NCBI GenBank assembly: GCA_964658305.1 | Contig: OZ210885.1 | Coordinates: forward strand, 25,668,001 to 25,732,000 | Direction of reading: 5' to 3' | DNA from: Leptogorgia sarmentosa | Taxonomy: Eukaryota | DNA length: 64,000 nucleotides | Part shown: positions 1 to 13,021 of the stretch, in pieces | Layout: every line of letters begins with the position of its first letter | Position numbering within the stretch: the first letter of the stretch is position 1 | Position numbers and translations under genes: made by a program | Notes under the pieces: generated by a model | The model's input: the letters and a program-made list of their open reading frames with translations, nothing else | The model's database searches: none | What the model was told of the DNA's origin: nothing

Positions 1-142
1 CGAGGATTTCGCACCAATTAACGTTTGTTTATGGATTATTGCTCCCAACCAAAAGGGAACCGATAAAACAATATATCAAAATGAAGAGCTGAGAACCCAC
101 TTTATCGAAAAATACAATAAAAAATTTCATGTCATAGGCACT
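1..142. mobile_element. Right end of a Kolobok DNA transposon (rest lies upstream of the window)
   Basis: 116-142 is the exact 27-bp reverse complement of the terminus at 24315-24341 (AGTGCCTATGACATGAAATTTTTTATT). It is followed by TTAA at 143-146; AG..CT termini with TTAA are Kolobok-like. Confidence 0.7.
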
Positions 143-1051
143 TTAAATACAAGCACGATGGCTTGAGTGTAGTTGATTAAAAAGCATGAAGACTTGAGTC
201 TACTTGATAAAGAAGCACGAAGCTTGAAGGCAGAAGGCTTGAGTCTATACTTCCCAATTTCGTATCTCGCCTGCGCATTACAGGCATGTGGCGGGCGTGC
301 AGGCTACCTGGACAAACATACAAACCTGTACGTACGTACATACAAACCTGAACGTACGTACATACGTACGGCGGCAATAATAATATGGGCGCTGACTTCG
401 TCAACGTCCATAAAATTCCCCGAAATACTCATGAAATGTGTGTGAAACTGTCAAAATACAAAATCGTCCAAAAGTCCACAATGTGCTCATATCTCCATTG
501 TTTTGGGGGGCCCCTCACAGTTTCTCAGGGCTCGCGCCAGTTCTCAGTCCCCAGATGCGGGGAATAGTGGGTATTGCCCCTGTTTCTGTTCCCTTGTCAA
601 TCTTAAAGTACTAAAAGAACAACATCATGCAAATATAAATCTACCTTCAAAGAACAACACCTATTCTGATCTGTATACTTTCACTCACCCTGATAAATAA
701 CGAGAGTGGAAAGACAAGAAATGTTTAAGATAAAAACTGAAGTAGTTATAATTAAATCCAGCAATTCCTGAAACTAAGCATTACATATTAAACCCCGTTT
801 ACACTACAATTTTTCTCTGGCACGGCACGGCTATTTATGTAGTGTAAACAGTACAACAATATTAGCCGTGCCTAAAATTTTTGCCGTGCCGAGCACTATG
901 TAAACGGTAGGTCTCGGCACGGCAAACTGCCATGCCGTACTACTTTCAACACAAATGTAAACGCTAAGAAGTGCGGTGCTCGCTACGTAGCCAAACTGCG
1001 CATGAGTAAATGAGATAGTCCCAGGCTACCATGTCCATCTCGTTAAAAAAC

Positions 1052-2266
1052 ATGGCGCCGAAGAATGCAAGAGGAGGCAAAAGCACTTCGTCGCCAAAGA
1101 AAAATCGTGGTTCAAATGGAAAATATAGAGGATTCACATTTCGTGCTGATGATGTTATAAATAAAATGAAGAAACTCCGTCAAAAGTATAAAGTGGAGAA
1201 AGACAGATCAAGTAAAAGTGGGAGGGGCAGAAGAAAGCCATGGAAAATTTTTTCCATTTTTTTCATAGACTCTTCAGTAGGATTGGATTCTATTTTTGAT
1301 GATGATGAACCCAGAGGGTGCAGAAGAGCAGCAAGTGTCAAGAGTTTTTGGCTCAGCATATAATTTATACATCCTCTTGTAGACATGACACTCACTATAT
1401 TAATTTTTCACTTGAAGATAAACATTGTGAACAAGGAGAGAATGAGAAGGATGTTGATAAAGCAGCTCCAAGTTGTCCTGATACAGAAAAGCCAAGCACA
1501 AGTGAAAGCACACAAGTTGAATCCAGTAGGGATTTACATTCAATGCCAAAAAGGAAAAAGATGAGCAACTTTGAAAAGGGAATTGAACTGATGTGCAAAA
1601 CTTTAAATGAGTCATCTGAAAAAGAAATGGAAAGGCGAGAGTAAATATGTTGAAGTGTGGCGCTACACGATAAAGAATAAATGCTTGCCAGGGGGCGGTT
1701 GTATCAAAGGCGTTTAGCTTAAACACCGGATAAGTCGAAAATATCAAACGAAATTATGAAATATTGACTACAAGGAGACTAAACTTTTCTGTGTAAACGT
1801 AACTATACATAGAACTACACATTTAGAATTATTTACAAAATCAATAGAAGTGTTTTTAAAATTTTGCTTATCCACCATTTAAGCTAAACGCCTTTAATAC
1901 AACCAGCCTAAGTTGCCATATTTGCATGTTCTTTTTTTCTCAAATTTTGTTTTTGTATATTTTAGAAGTTTAAAGGCTGAAAAAGAAAGATATAAACAGG
2001 AAATGGAGTTCCAAATCAAAATGATGGAACTTGAAAATCAACTACAAACACAAGAAAGGGAACATGAAATGACAATTATCAGCCTCATTATGAATGGAAA
2101 CATGCAAAGTCAGATTGTAACACATACACCGATACAGTACCATCACCAGCGACCAGAAACGTTTGCTGGTTTCCCACATAATTCAACATATATTAATCAT
2201 TCAATCCCATTAAATACTTCTGATAGCTCATCCGAAACAAGCTCAACTACAAACATTATTAACTAG
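1052..2266 (+). pseudogene. Harbinger accessory Myb/SANT (trihelix-like) DNA-binding protein, deleted/frameshifted, with a probable intron at about 1640-1964
   Basis: INKMKKLRQKYKVEKDRSSKSGRGRRKPWKIF resembles the last trihelix helix; charged coiled-coil C-terminus; sits opposite the transposase inside the Harbinger TIRs. Confidence 0.65.
1692..1908. mobile_element. Small MITE (Harbinger-like termini) in the Myb-gene intron
   Basis: GGTTGTATCAAAGGCGTTTAGCTTAAA (1697-1723) is inverted at 1878-1904 with 1 mismatch. Confidence 0.65.
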
Positions 2267-2317
2267 TGTTGCTTATATTTTGTTTATGCCCTAATTTTGA
2301 TGAAGGGTCAAGTTCTA

Positions 2318-2779
2318 CAGGGTGTATAAAAAAAAGTGAACAGATTTTAAATCGCTCTCAACTTCACAAAGGGGCTCGGGGCACAAAGTTTTCGGTTTAT
2401 GTGGATTGGTTGAGTACTTATAATGTAGAATAAACGAAAACATTTTGTAATTTGAATTTTCAAAAACCCGGGGGGAGTGTTTTGAAGGGCTCAAGCATTT
2501 TTTCTGAAATTTTTAACAGCAATACAAAACCTGACAATGTTTCCGTCCATCAACTAAAAATTGCTTTTGAGCCTTTAAATTTCGTGCGCAAGACATTTTC
2601 TATCTGTTGGAAAAAACACTCCCCCCGGGTTTTTGAAAATGCAAATTACACAATGTTTTCGTTTATTCTTCATTATAAGTACTCAACCAATCCACATAAA
2701 CCGAAACCTTTGTACCCCGAGCCCCTTTGCGAAGTTGAGAGCGATTTAAAATCTGTTCACCTTTTTTTTATACACCCTG
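2318..2779. mobile_element. Tc1/mariner-type MITE with about 165-bp TIRs, nested in the Harbinger
   Basis: TA|CAGGGTGTATAAAAAAAA...TTTTTTTTATACACCCTG|TA, with TA at 2316-2317 and 2780-2781 and long inverted arms. Confidence 0.9.
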
Positions 2780-3017
2780 TATATTGTTTATGGAATAGTT
2801 TAAAAAATAACAGTCAGATTATTGTTTCCATCCATGATATTGTGCCAAGTTTATATACTCTTCCATGTAAGTTTGCTTCAAACCTATAACATATAAAGTA
2901 ATTAGCCACTTAGACTGCAACAAGACGTTTTAAACAAAACTTCAACCAAATCCATTTACACAATGTTCGATTCCCATGTTCTAATGAATTTCTTAACTTT
3001 CCCAAACTGTAGTGGGA

Positions 3018-4468
3018 TCACACTGATCCAATGTTGCATCCCTCAGCTGATGCGAAATAATTAGCGAAGTGGTCCCTAATTGACACGGAGTCTTCCCTGC
3101 CTTGGGTGGTGTCCATCGAATCAGTTTGAGGAAATATATCTGGTGTTTCGGTTGTTTCTTCTACCCAATGTGAAAGGATGTCTTCACTATTCATCTCACA
3201 CAAGTTGTGTAAAACACATGATGCAGCAACCACAATAACCACATTACTTATTTCCATGTCAACTCTCTAAGGAATCGACGAAATCTGCTTTTCCAACGAG
3301 CGAATACGTTCTCCGCGGTCACCCTTGCCCTTCTCAGACGATAATTGAATCTTCTGTGCTGACGAATTGTATTTGGATTCTCCAGGTATGGTTTCAAAAG
3401 CCATGATAATAACGGATAAGCTGGGTCTCCTAGAATTACAGGTCTTACTGCTTTTCCTCCAACATTTACTCGATAATCTGCAGGTGAGTCTATTTTCTTC
3501 TCCAATTGTAAAAATTTCAGAATTGGACAAGACCCTGGCATCATGGACGCTGCCAGGCCAGCCAACAACAATATTTCTAAACATGTAGTGGCAATCAACA
3601 ACCGCTTGCATTAAAACACTGTGGTATCCCTTCCGGTTAATGTAGTCACCATGGTTTTCTGTAAGTGCCAGAGTGGGTACATCTGTACCATCAATTGCTC
3701 CTAAACAAACTGGGAACCCCCATTTCCTTTCGTAAGTCCCTACAATTTCTTCCACTTCATTCTCTTTGGGTAAATAAATATACCTCCATTGCAAATTTTT
3801 AACTATTGCTCTGCAGACACACGAACGATCTGGAAACTCCGAACAGATTAGCAATTGTACGATATTCAGCGGTTGACGACAAAAAGTATAACACTATAGC
3901 GACTCGTTTATGTGCAGATACAGGTTCGTGTAGGATCGTTGTTTGCCGCTTAACATCAGCTTCAATGGCATTAACTACCAAATTAAACGTGTGCATAGTC
4001 ACCCTGAATATGGCGTTTTCGTACCACTGTATATCGGAATAGAATTTGTCTGCTAGACGGAACCAGACATCTGTGCGTTGATGCATCCACACGCTTCGTT
4101 CGACTGGTAAATTCACCATCACGATACAAAAGATAGAAATAAGACATGTGCTTAGTCACCCTGAAGTTTTCGTACCACTGTATATCGGAATAGAATTCGT
4201 CTGCTAGACGGAACCAGGCATCTGTGCGTTGATACATCCACACGCTTCGTTCGACTGGTAAATTCACCATCACGATACAAAAGATAGAAATAAGACGTAA
4301 TCTATTCATCGCATAACGGGTTTCGAACGTTTCGTTTGTGTTTTTTTTAGATTTTATCAGTCCATTACCACCCCGAAATGCTTTTCTTTTAGATAATCCT
4401 CGATTAAATAACCACAGTACTCCATAATCAAATTTTCCCAACCTACTGCGTATTCTGTGATTTGCCAT
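3018..4468 (-). pseudogene. Harbinger (HARBI1-like, DDE_Tnp_4) transposase, frameshifted, with an internal tandem duplication
   Basis: GFPVCLGAIDGTDVP, YINRKGYHSVLMQAVVD, GWPGSVHDARVL, ILGDPAYPL, RVTAENVFARWKSRFR and CVLHNLC motifs spread over several frames. Confidence 0.93.
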
Positions 4469-4719
4469 GCTCGGCACAAAAACATATTTCAAGCACGGCA
4501 ACACTTGAAGTCTAAACGTACCGTGCTGTGCCAAAAATGTATTTTAGAAGTGCCCTAAATTATGCTGTGCCGTACTGTAAAAATTGTAGTGTAAATGGGG
4601 TTTTAAACTGCCAATGAAACGAAATTTTCCCAACCGATGTTATTTGGGTTCTTGGTATTTTCGAACATGCTGAAAACACTTGTGCAATTGTTTTTCAATG
4701 GCTACCAGAAATTGCTCAA

Positions 4720-7700
4720 CTCTTTGGTGACATTTTGAGGGGTAACAAAATATTTTTGTAAGGCTCAGTTTATACATTAAAGAAAGCATATTATATGTCT
4801 TCTGAAAGCTTAGAATGTGTTCTTTCATATAAAAATGATTAAAAATTTTTTTGGTAAGTTACAATGATTTTATCGAAGGATATGGACACATTTTTAGCAT
4901 CCGGAAATGACGTATTTCACACAAAACGTGATTTTTCAGCCAAAGTATAGTATGTTGAGCTTCACGATAACTTACAAAATTGTTTTTCAATCTATAAGCT
5001 ACAATATAATTCTAAAAATTGTTAACAGTGGCAAATCCAGGTGGTACAAATCACAATATAAAAATATCCCTATTTTGGCCATTTTTTCATATTTTTATAA
5101 TGTTTGAATAAAAACACTAATTTACTTGTTCTCAAGGCTATCTCTATAATAAAATAATGTTTTACAACTAAAAATAATAACTATAGTACAATAAAATGTT
5201 GTCAAAGTAACATTTGACAATGTTTTTCCCATCCAAGGGTAAACCTTTATTTCCGTCCATGATGATAACTCTGCTTGTGCCAAATCTCAAAGCAATTATT
5301 TTTGGGATTACAATGTAAAAATACTCCACATTGAGGGGCACTGCAATATGAAGCTACCTTCCTTTCCACACACTTACATCTGCTTGCACTGAAGGCTAAC
5401 ATGTGTTCGGTTTCAAAGTGCTCGGATCTTTCTTCGCTTTCTCATACTCTGGTGGCTGACCATACTCATTCAGCCCAACCAACTGCCTGACTATTTCTTC
5501 TCTGTACTCAAGAAATGAGTACCTGTTTGGCCTTTTTAGCTCTTCCTTGTCAGGGTTGCCCTTCCTATGACACTGGAATAGAATAGTCTATTGACGACAG
5601 CAATATCAATCATATGAAAAAATAAAGTTTTCCACCATTTGACACACTTTCGAAGAATGTTGTTCTTGCCAAGGATCTGGTCTGATCTGTCCACACCATT
5701 CATGAACTGGTTGTAGAGATCAATTGCTTTTGGTTGTTTTACATTATTGTCCTTTGTCCATTTACTATCAGCATCTTTTACCTTTCTGGTGACTTTTACA
5801 TGCTGATTGGCATTACTTATGGTGGTAAGAACTGCGACAACCCTATTGTCCTTCCATTGCATTGACAAACACTTTCCATCCCTTTCCCATCTCATGTCTC
5901 CTCTATCTATTCTCTTGGCCCACTCTTTACCTCCTTTCATACTGTCTGGGAAGCCACGACGATTCTCGGTTATTGTTCCTGTGGAAGGGATTTTCAGTTC
6001 AAATAAGTCACTGAATAATATGGGCGATGAATAAAAATTATCAACAAAAAGTTGATAACCTTGACCTGCAAGAGGGGCCATTAGTTTCATGACCACGTCA
6101 TATCCCAAGCTATTTTCTCCTATGGTCTGGCCAGCTACTTTGCCAATATAGACATCAAAATCTATTGTATAGCCATTGGAACTGTCTGCCAAAACCCACA
6201 ACTTCAGACCCCACTTGTTTGGCTTATTTTTTATGTACTGTCGAATACCAGACCGATGTTTTGACTTTACCATATGTTCATCAATGGGCACTTGTTGGAA
6301 AGGTTGGTATAGCATCTTACAATTATTTTTAATCATGTCGACAAATGAGGACACTTTCTTCAATTTGTCTTGAGGATCTTCTGAATTGGGATCAACAATG
6401 TGAAGCATAGCCATTAGTGCCTTGAAGCGTTCTCTTGACATGATTCGATGAGCCCAAAGACCATGGTACAAACTCTTTACACTCCAGTATCTATGGACAG
6501 TGCTGACATTGACAAGACCAAAGTACATGATCATGGCAATAAGCTTTTCGATTTCCTCTGGACAAGTCTCCTCCCAAGAACCATCCTTTTTGGCATAGTG
6601 AGGCTTACTTGCAATCATTTTCCAGGCATATGTGTTGGTGTGTTTGCAAATTTCACGAATGATCTCTGCAGTAAAAATTAACCTGAAGAATTCTGCAGCA
6701 GTTGTCATTGCATTTCTCAATAGTGTGGTCTGAAGATGGATACCAGGTTGCCGTTGTGGTGTGAATTGTGGTAATACATTACCCACATCTGGGTTATTGT
6801 AGCTTTTCTCAGCTGGCAAGACTCGAGTTGCTGCAGTTGTTGCTCTCACAGAGCCTCTTGTATGTACACTGCATCTACTGGCACCCCGAGATCTACCACC
6901 CCGAGATCTACCACCATGAGATCTACTGCCACAAGATCTAACACTCAACCTACATTGAGGTCTACGACATGATGTAACAGGGCCTTTTTCAATGTGACTG
7001 GTTTCAGCTAATGATAGTGATGACTGGCCCCCATTATTTCCAGTTAGGTAATAGTTACCGTCTTCATTCATGTTGTCTTCACACTCAACAGTCAGGTCTC
7101 CTTCATTGTTGCTGTAATATTATTTACATGGATTAGAACTTTGATATTACATTAGATTTGAACAGATACAAATTCTTGTAAACTGTGAAAATGATATCTA
7201 TACATCTATATTGCAATACCAACTACTAAGCAAAGACTGGCAATGTCTACCAAATCAATTACTAAGCAAAGTCTAAAACATTCTGGCGCATGTAGCAATT
7301 ACGAAACCTGATACCAATGGCTGCAGACTATATTGTTTTTTGCCTATATTTACACAATGTTATAATCTTACAACATCAAGATACAGCCTATGGTAGCAAA
7401 ATTTTGTATTTTGACCGAAAGTAAGCCACTGTGTTTTTGCGCAAAAAACCGTGGACGGATTTCCACTACATTATTTACCTTGATTCTTCGTCTGGCGATT
7501 CTCCTCCAAGTAATTCCTTGTCCAAATTAAATTCCTCAGAACTAGACATGCCACTAACATTGCTATCAAAGTCCTTGTCATCGTTTTCCATGCTTTTATC
7601 TAACATATCTGCCACTTCTTGCGCTGAAAAATGCGTTCTTTGACGCTTACTTGAAGACGCCATTTTGAAAGTGAGAAGCAAAGGTGAAGTGAATATTTTG

Positions 7701-7881
7701 AGGCAATAAAAAGCAAAAAAATTATGCCAGATCAAATCTAGTATACCAAATTTGATTGGACAACTATACTAAACAATGCTATACTAAATTTTTACTTGTG
7801 CACACAGATGCGTTGCTATGGCAATCAATTTACATCATCGATCATATATGATCGATTTTACTAGGAGCTGTCACCAAAGAG
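4720..7881 (-). mobile_element. piggyBac transposon with both ends
   Basis: Perfect 13-bp TIRs CTCTTTGGTGACA (4720-4732) and TGTCACCAAAGAG (7869-7881). Flanks are TCAA (4716-4719) and TTAA (7882-7885). Confidence 0.88.
5247..7663 (-). pseudogene. piggyBac transposase (PGBD4-like), two exons (7663-7479; 7111-5247), frameshifted near the C-terminus
   Basis: DDD motifs PIDEHMV, FVDNFYSS and MNGVDRSDQ are intact; KWWKTLFFHMIDIAVVN; Cys-rich C-terminus (YCSAPQCGVFLHC...CFEIWH). The GT-AG intron 7478-7112 joins the exons in frame. Confidence 0.9.
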
Positions 7882-8563
7882 TTAAGTGGGGTTAAAATAT
7901 TCGAAATCCTGTGCAGCTTGGTGGACCTGGAAGTCCAAATTGACGAATCTGTCTTTTCGCACAAGCCCAAGTACCACTGAGGAAGAGCTCCACGAAGCGA
8001 AAATATGGGTGTTTGCCATGGCAGACTGCACAACCAGCCCAGCTTTGGGATTTATGCAGATTGTGGAAAGAAATGCTGAAACGCTGCTGCCTATAATTCA
8101 GCGACACATCAGACCTGGATCTATCGTGTATTCCGACCAGTGGGCAGCATACAATCACGTCGGAAACATCCAGGTCTTGTCCACCAAACTTGTCCTATAA
8201 ACCACGTAAACCATTTCATCGATCCGGTGACAGGCGTCCACATGCAGAATATAGAGTGTTACTGGAATCGTGCTAAAACGAAGTTCAAAGCAATGAAAGC
8301 CTTCTGAAGAGATATCCTCCCAGGATATCTGGATGAATTTATGTGGCGAGAGCGAGCCGGTCCGAAAACAAGTTCAACAAAATTCTAAATGCACTTGCAT
8401 TAGAATATCCAGTTGGTTATACGAACAAGGTTTAAAAAAAAACGGTTCCTCCGGAACCAACAATTATACAAAAGATATTTAAACGAAATTCACACTTTAA
8501 CAAATTACGATTTGAATATCCGCCACCCCATGCGCATGGGTGGCGATAAAATCAATTGATCCC

Positions 8564-9186
8564 AAGGTTTTATGGCAACGATTTGAGAAGGAAATACCAG
8601 TCGAAAAATTGTAAAGGTAAAGTAGTATGTCCACATATTTATTATCTGTCTCAATTGACTATTAAACACAGCCCTTTATTCAATACTAGTAGGTGTACAT
8701 GTGGCAGATGTAATGACTCTCTTCTTGTTGGAGCAAGAGCATATCGTTGCTGTCAGGAAATACTAGAAGCAGCAAGGAAATGTACTTTCATTGGCCAAAA
8801 TGGTAGGTGCATAACCCTTCAAATTAACCCTTAAGCACTAACAAACAGGACAGTTTTGTTAGAAGTTGTGCCACTGTGGAAGGATAAAGAGGGCAGGCGT
8901 ATGGAGACAAGCTGGTACTTCAGAAAACGAGTAAGGACCATACTAGAAATAAATTTGTGGTTCCATAATATTATATCAAAGCGGTATCTGAAGATTATAT
9001 TGTTTTCGTTGTTTTAGATTTGTTAGAGCTGTTGGCTACAGGTGGATGGCAAAGTGGTTATTTGGCATAATGGGGTGGGAGAACACAAGGCCACTTACAG
9101 CATGCTTGTATCATGTGTTTAGGACAACATATGGAGATGACCATTTACAAGGATATGTGGCAGGCAATGAAAGAGCTGGTGAATAA
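8564..9186 (+). pseudogene. KolX-like protein (P2X7 cytoplasmic-ballast-like Cys-rich domain) of a Kolobok remnant, spliced, 5'-truncated
   Basis: CTCGRC...RCCQE...C, then AVGYRWMAKWLFGIMGWENTRPLTACLYH. Homologous to 24583-25410 with the same intron positions. Confidence 0.75.
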
Positions 9187-9319
9187 CATAAAAGCCTGAC
9201 AATGGCATTTTATTTATGCTATTTTGAACAATATACATTTTAATATCATAATAATATGATGTAAAACACCAGTATCAGTAGAAAATTTACCAGGAATACT
9301 CTGGTCAAACTAATCTGTT

Positions 9320-10780
9320 GGACAGGCAGAACGTGGATGTCCCTTGGTCGACCACATGTCCTACAGCACCGTTGTTTCTTTGCTGGAACTGGTGGTGGTT
9401 GGTTCTGTTGCTCCAGTTGTCTCTTCAACTGTGCTTGTATTTCACACACATTTTGTATGTTATAAGTCTGCATTAACATTTTACAGTATGTTGGGTTATT
9501 GTACCATATGGTATGCTACTAAAAATAACCATGTAACGTGGCTCCAGATTTGATTTCGTTACTAGTATCCAATTGAATACTAAGGCCTTAAATTGTAGTA
9601 TCCCAAATTGGAAATTCGGTATCCCATATTTGGATAGTCGGTATTCCCAAACTGCATTCCAACACAACATGCTTTATCATGCTAGCAGGAACACCCACTG
9701 CATAAATTTCACAAACTGCCTGTGCAGTGATTGGCCATCATGACAAGCCGGAAATAAATTGACAAAAACCTCATGCTCATGTCTTTCGCTTTCACACAGC
9801 AACAATGATGGAATTTTGGCTACAAATCACAATGCATATGTTCGCACTTTTATGGTATCCATTGGGATACTTAGTCTATGACATTGTAGTATCCAAAATA
9901 GAAATTGGTATCCTGTGGATATCGGGATACTGCAATGCTTGAGCCCTGTATTTTACAGTAAAATAACCATATCCATTGCTGGGCCTTATTTGGTGGATTA
10001 GGTTCAACCAAATTGACAATTTCATGCTTTAGGAACTTTTTTAGAGTAACGATCCCTTATTTTTATTAACTCATCAGTTGTTGTCACCAAGAGAGCTGTC
10101 TTTATGGACTTGACATATTGTAGAATATTCAAAGTGGGAATTGTCGGGTTATTAGATGCTTCTCCAACACAAGGAATAACTGATACACTAAATTCGCTCA
10201 CATTCCAAGGGGATTCCACAATAATGTAACACCATTTAAGCAAGACTTACCATAAGTTGGAGGTACACATATTTCTCTTACAACTTCATCCCCAAGTTTA
10301 AACTTACGGTATGTTACATGATAATATGTGTGGCCATCCTTGGATTTCTTTGGTTCTCTGTGTACATTTTCATTAAAATGCAACACTGCCAAAATATGCC
10401 TGTAAAAAAATATAGTTCTATATGATCATAAAGTCTTACTTAATGTGCTATGTGAAGTATCACATATGCTACTGTATGTTCATGATGGGTTCCAATGAGT
10501 CAAACATCCATCCTACAAATTGCTATAAGGCATAAATATACACACCTGCAATAACTACCAAACCACAAAAAAGCCAACATTTTGGTGCTCCATTGGTTTA
10601 GGGTGGAGTGGAAGCCCTCCAGTGAGCTAGTTTGTGCATCTGGTGAAAGTTTTGCAATGTCTGATAAGACCATGTTCTTCATCAAAATTGCTTGCAGTTT
10701 GTCATACGACTTAAGCGTTATTAATTTGTGTTTGTGCAAGTCCATGGACATGAACAATGCTTGCTTATTTTGTTAATATG
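9320..10780 (-). pseudogene. Kolobok transposase C-terminal exons, convergent with KolX
   Basis: DIAKLSPDAQTSSLEGFHSTLNQWSTKM, AVLHFNENVHRE, VREICVPPTY and a terminal CRTCGRP, separated by GT-AG introns. Confidence 0.72.
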
Positions 10781-11384
10781 CCAGTGCCATATGCATGCCG
10801 ACAACTACAAAATTTAGTGTAGCAATTTAAAACACTCCACCTCACATCTGTAGACTAGATGTCTATACTGTCTATAGTCTAGACACCTCGACTTTTGAGC
10901 CTTCAATTTCTTTAATACTTATTTAAACAGTAAAACTGGCTACATCGACCGATTACCGATTAATTTGAAAACGCCAAATATCGGCCGTACCGATTAATCG
11001 GCTCATCCGTAGAAATTTAAACCTTGGGTTACAAGTCAGTATAATGCATGGAACAACCAAGAAGGTAGCGATTCAGTATACATTGAGAGCTGGCATTCAT
11101 TTCTTAAAACTGATGAACCAAAAGAAATTGTTCCAAACTGGTGTAACCAACTACATTCTATATCTGATTATATAAACGACGTCTTTGTTTTCCACTTTTC
11201 TAAAGCCTTTGGTGTTCGCCCTTCATGACAGTCCACCATATTTTTGAGATCAGTGATGACCACCCTTACACCTTGACCCAACATGGCGGTGAACTGACTT
11301 TCGACTCTGCTATGCTCTCCTTTACCCAGGTATAAATAGCCGCGGAATTATTACCCTTGCCCCTGGCTAACGCCCGGACGGAGC

Positions 11385-12560
11385 ATTGTGCCGTGGCTCT
11401 GGGATTACCTATAAAGGGGAAAAGAAATGGGCCATTAAACTCTTCCGCAAAATTACAGGAGGATTTAAGTGAAGTAAAGTGTCTAATTATTGACGAGTTC
11501 TCAGTAATCGGACAGAAAATGTTTGGTTGGATCAACAGGCGACTCAAATAGGCAACTGGTCTTATAACCTCCCCATTCAGAGACATATCAGTTATTTTGG
11601 TTAGAGATAATGCACAGCTTCCCCCTGTCACTGATACAGTTTTATACCAAGGAATGATATAGCCATCGAGGGGTTTTGCATGTACAGAAAGTTTCGTTCA
11701 ACTGGAAGTCAATGAAAGGGTGAAAGGAGATGATGAACAGCAAAAAATTTTCAGGGAACTTCAGTTAAGAGCTCATGGTGGTGAATCCTCTTTGGACAAT
11801 TGGAATCTTTTACTTACCAGACAACCATCCAAACTAAAGAAGATTATGCACCTTGAAAACAAAGCGGTGAAGTGAAGCTTGTTTGGAAATGAAAAGGTTG
11901 CGAAGGATAACTATGCTAAACTTGCAAAGTACAAAATAACCAATTGTACAAATAGACGCATGACATAACAATGGTCAGGCCAAACAACTACCAGCTGATG
12001 ATATGGGAGGTTTAGAACCCATACTATACATGGCGAAAGGTGCCCGAGTCATGTTGACGTGAAATCTTTGGACTGATGTTGGTCTCTGTAATGGAGCAAT
12101 GGGTACCCTGCTTCACTTTATATATGCTGAAGATCATAAGCCACCATCACTACCCATCGCAATAGTTGTTCAGTTTGATGGCAGGGACTATGCAGACTTT
12201 TAGCAAAGATATTCCAAATTGTGTTCCCATTTATCCTGTAGCAATCCAGTCTGATACTTACGCCTTAAAATATGAAAGACAGCAATTCCCTCTTTGTCTT
12301 GCATGGTCAGTGACAATTCACAAAGCTCAAGGTCTGAGTTTAAAAAATGTGTGGATTGATTTAGGTTCTTCCGAAAAAGCTGCTGGGCTCACATGTTGCA
12401 TTATCTAGAGTACGGAAACTTTCAGATCTCGTTATTGAACCAATGACATTTGAAAGACTGGGGGCAATAAGGAAAAACTCGAATTTTAAATACAGAAAGT
12501 TGGAAGAAATACGATTAGCTCAGTTAACGAAAAATACGTACGAAATATATAAAGCTAATA
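11385..12560 (+). pseudogene. PIF1-family SF1B helicase remnant (Helitron-like)
   Basis: LIIDEFSVIG (Walker B), QLPPV, KGARVMLT-NLWTDVGLCNGAMG, RQQFPLCLAWSVTIHKAQGLSL and LSRVR motifs, with several stops and frameshifts. Confidence 0.88.
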
Positions 12561-13021
12561 ATTATACATAATTTTTTAACTGCATATTCGTCAAGAAGCT
12601 CAGTAATTTAATGATTAAAGTTTGCAAAAGCTTTTTATGAGGCATTCAATTGCATATTTTAAGTGTAATTACTTTAATTCATTCAATTTATAGTGAAAAT
12701 GGAAGAAACCAGAAACGAAAGGCTCGTCTCCAGTAAAGAGAGTAAGATTTTACCTGTTTTGAATGTTGCCGCCTGGATTTTATATGTATGCATTTATGTT
12801 TGTGTGCCTATACAGGTCAATACAACAACACCAGGTACCTTGAGGAAGCTGAGATTTGGAAATGCATCTCCTTCACCTTCAAAGTCATTAAACTACAAGT
12901 AAGATATTGCCATAATGCATAGATGGTGCATCTACGCACAAGAACATTGTTGTGCACTGCCCCACCCCTGTTGATTATAGTTTTTAACTTCATCACTTTT
13001 GTTGTTTCCATGCATATATAG

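Larger units (their letters stand above)
791..4602. mobile_element. PIF/Harbinger DNA transposon with both ends, coding regions decayed
   Basis: TIRs AACCCCGTTTACACTACAATTTTT (791-814) and AAAAATTGTAGTGTAAATGGGGTT (4579-4602), 1 mismatch. TTA TSD at 788-790 and 4603-4605. Subterminal GGCACGGC motifs; convergent transposase and Myb-like genes. Confidence 0.92.
4606..8563 (+). mobile_element. Merlin (IS1016/ISXO2-like) transposon remnant split by the piggyBac: pieces at 4606-4719 and 7886-8563
   Basis: Across frames: NPVQLGGPG, VQIDESVFSHKPKYH, IWVFAM, RNAETLLPIIQRHIRPGSIVYSDQWAAY, HFIDPVTGVH-QNIECYWNRAK, YLDEFMWRER. Probable right end ...ATCAATTGATCCC at 8563, with an internal palindrome at about 8517-8548. 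The 5' piece (KLPMKR...FQWL.E.CS) is a weaker match. Confidence 0.8.

Noticed and set aside
7886..8563. Bacterial IS1595 or contamination
   Set aside because: It is interleaved with intron-bearing eukaryotic elements; Merlin is the eukaryotic member of this family.
9535..9948. hAT-like MITE within the Kolobok transposase tail
   Set aside because: Only the right end (GAGCCCTG) is clear; no convincing left TIR or TSD.
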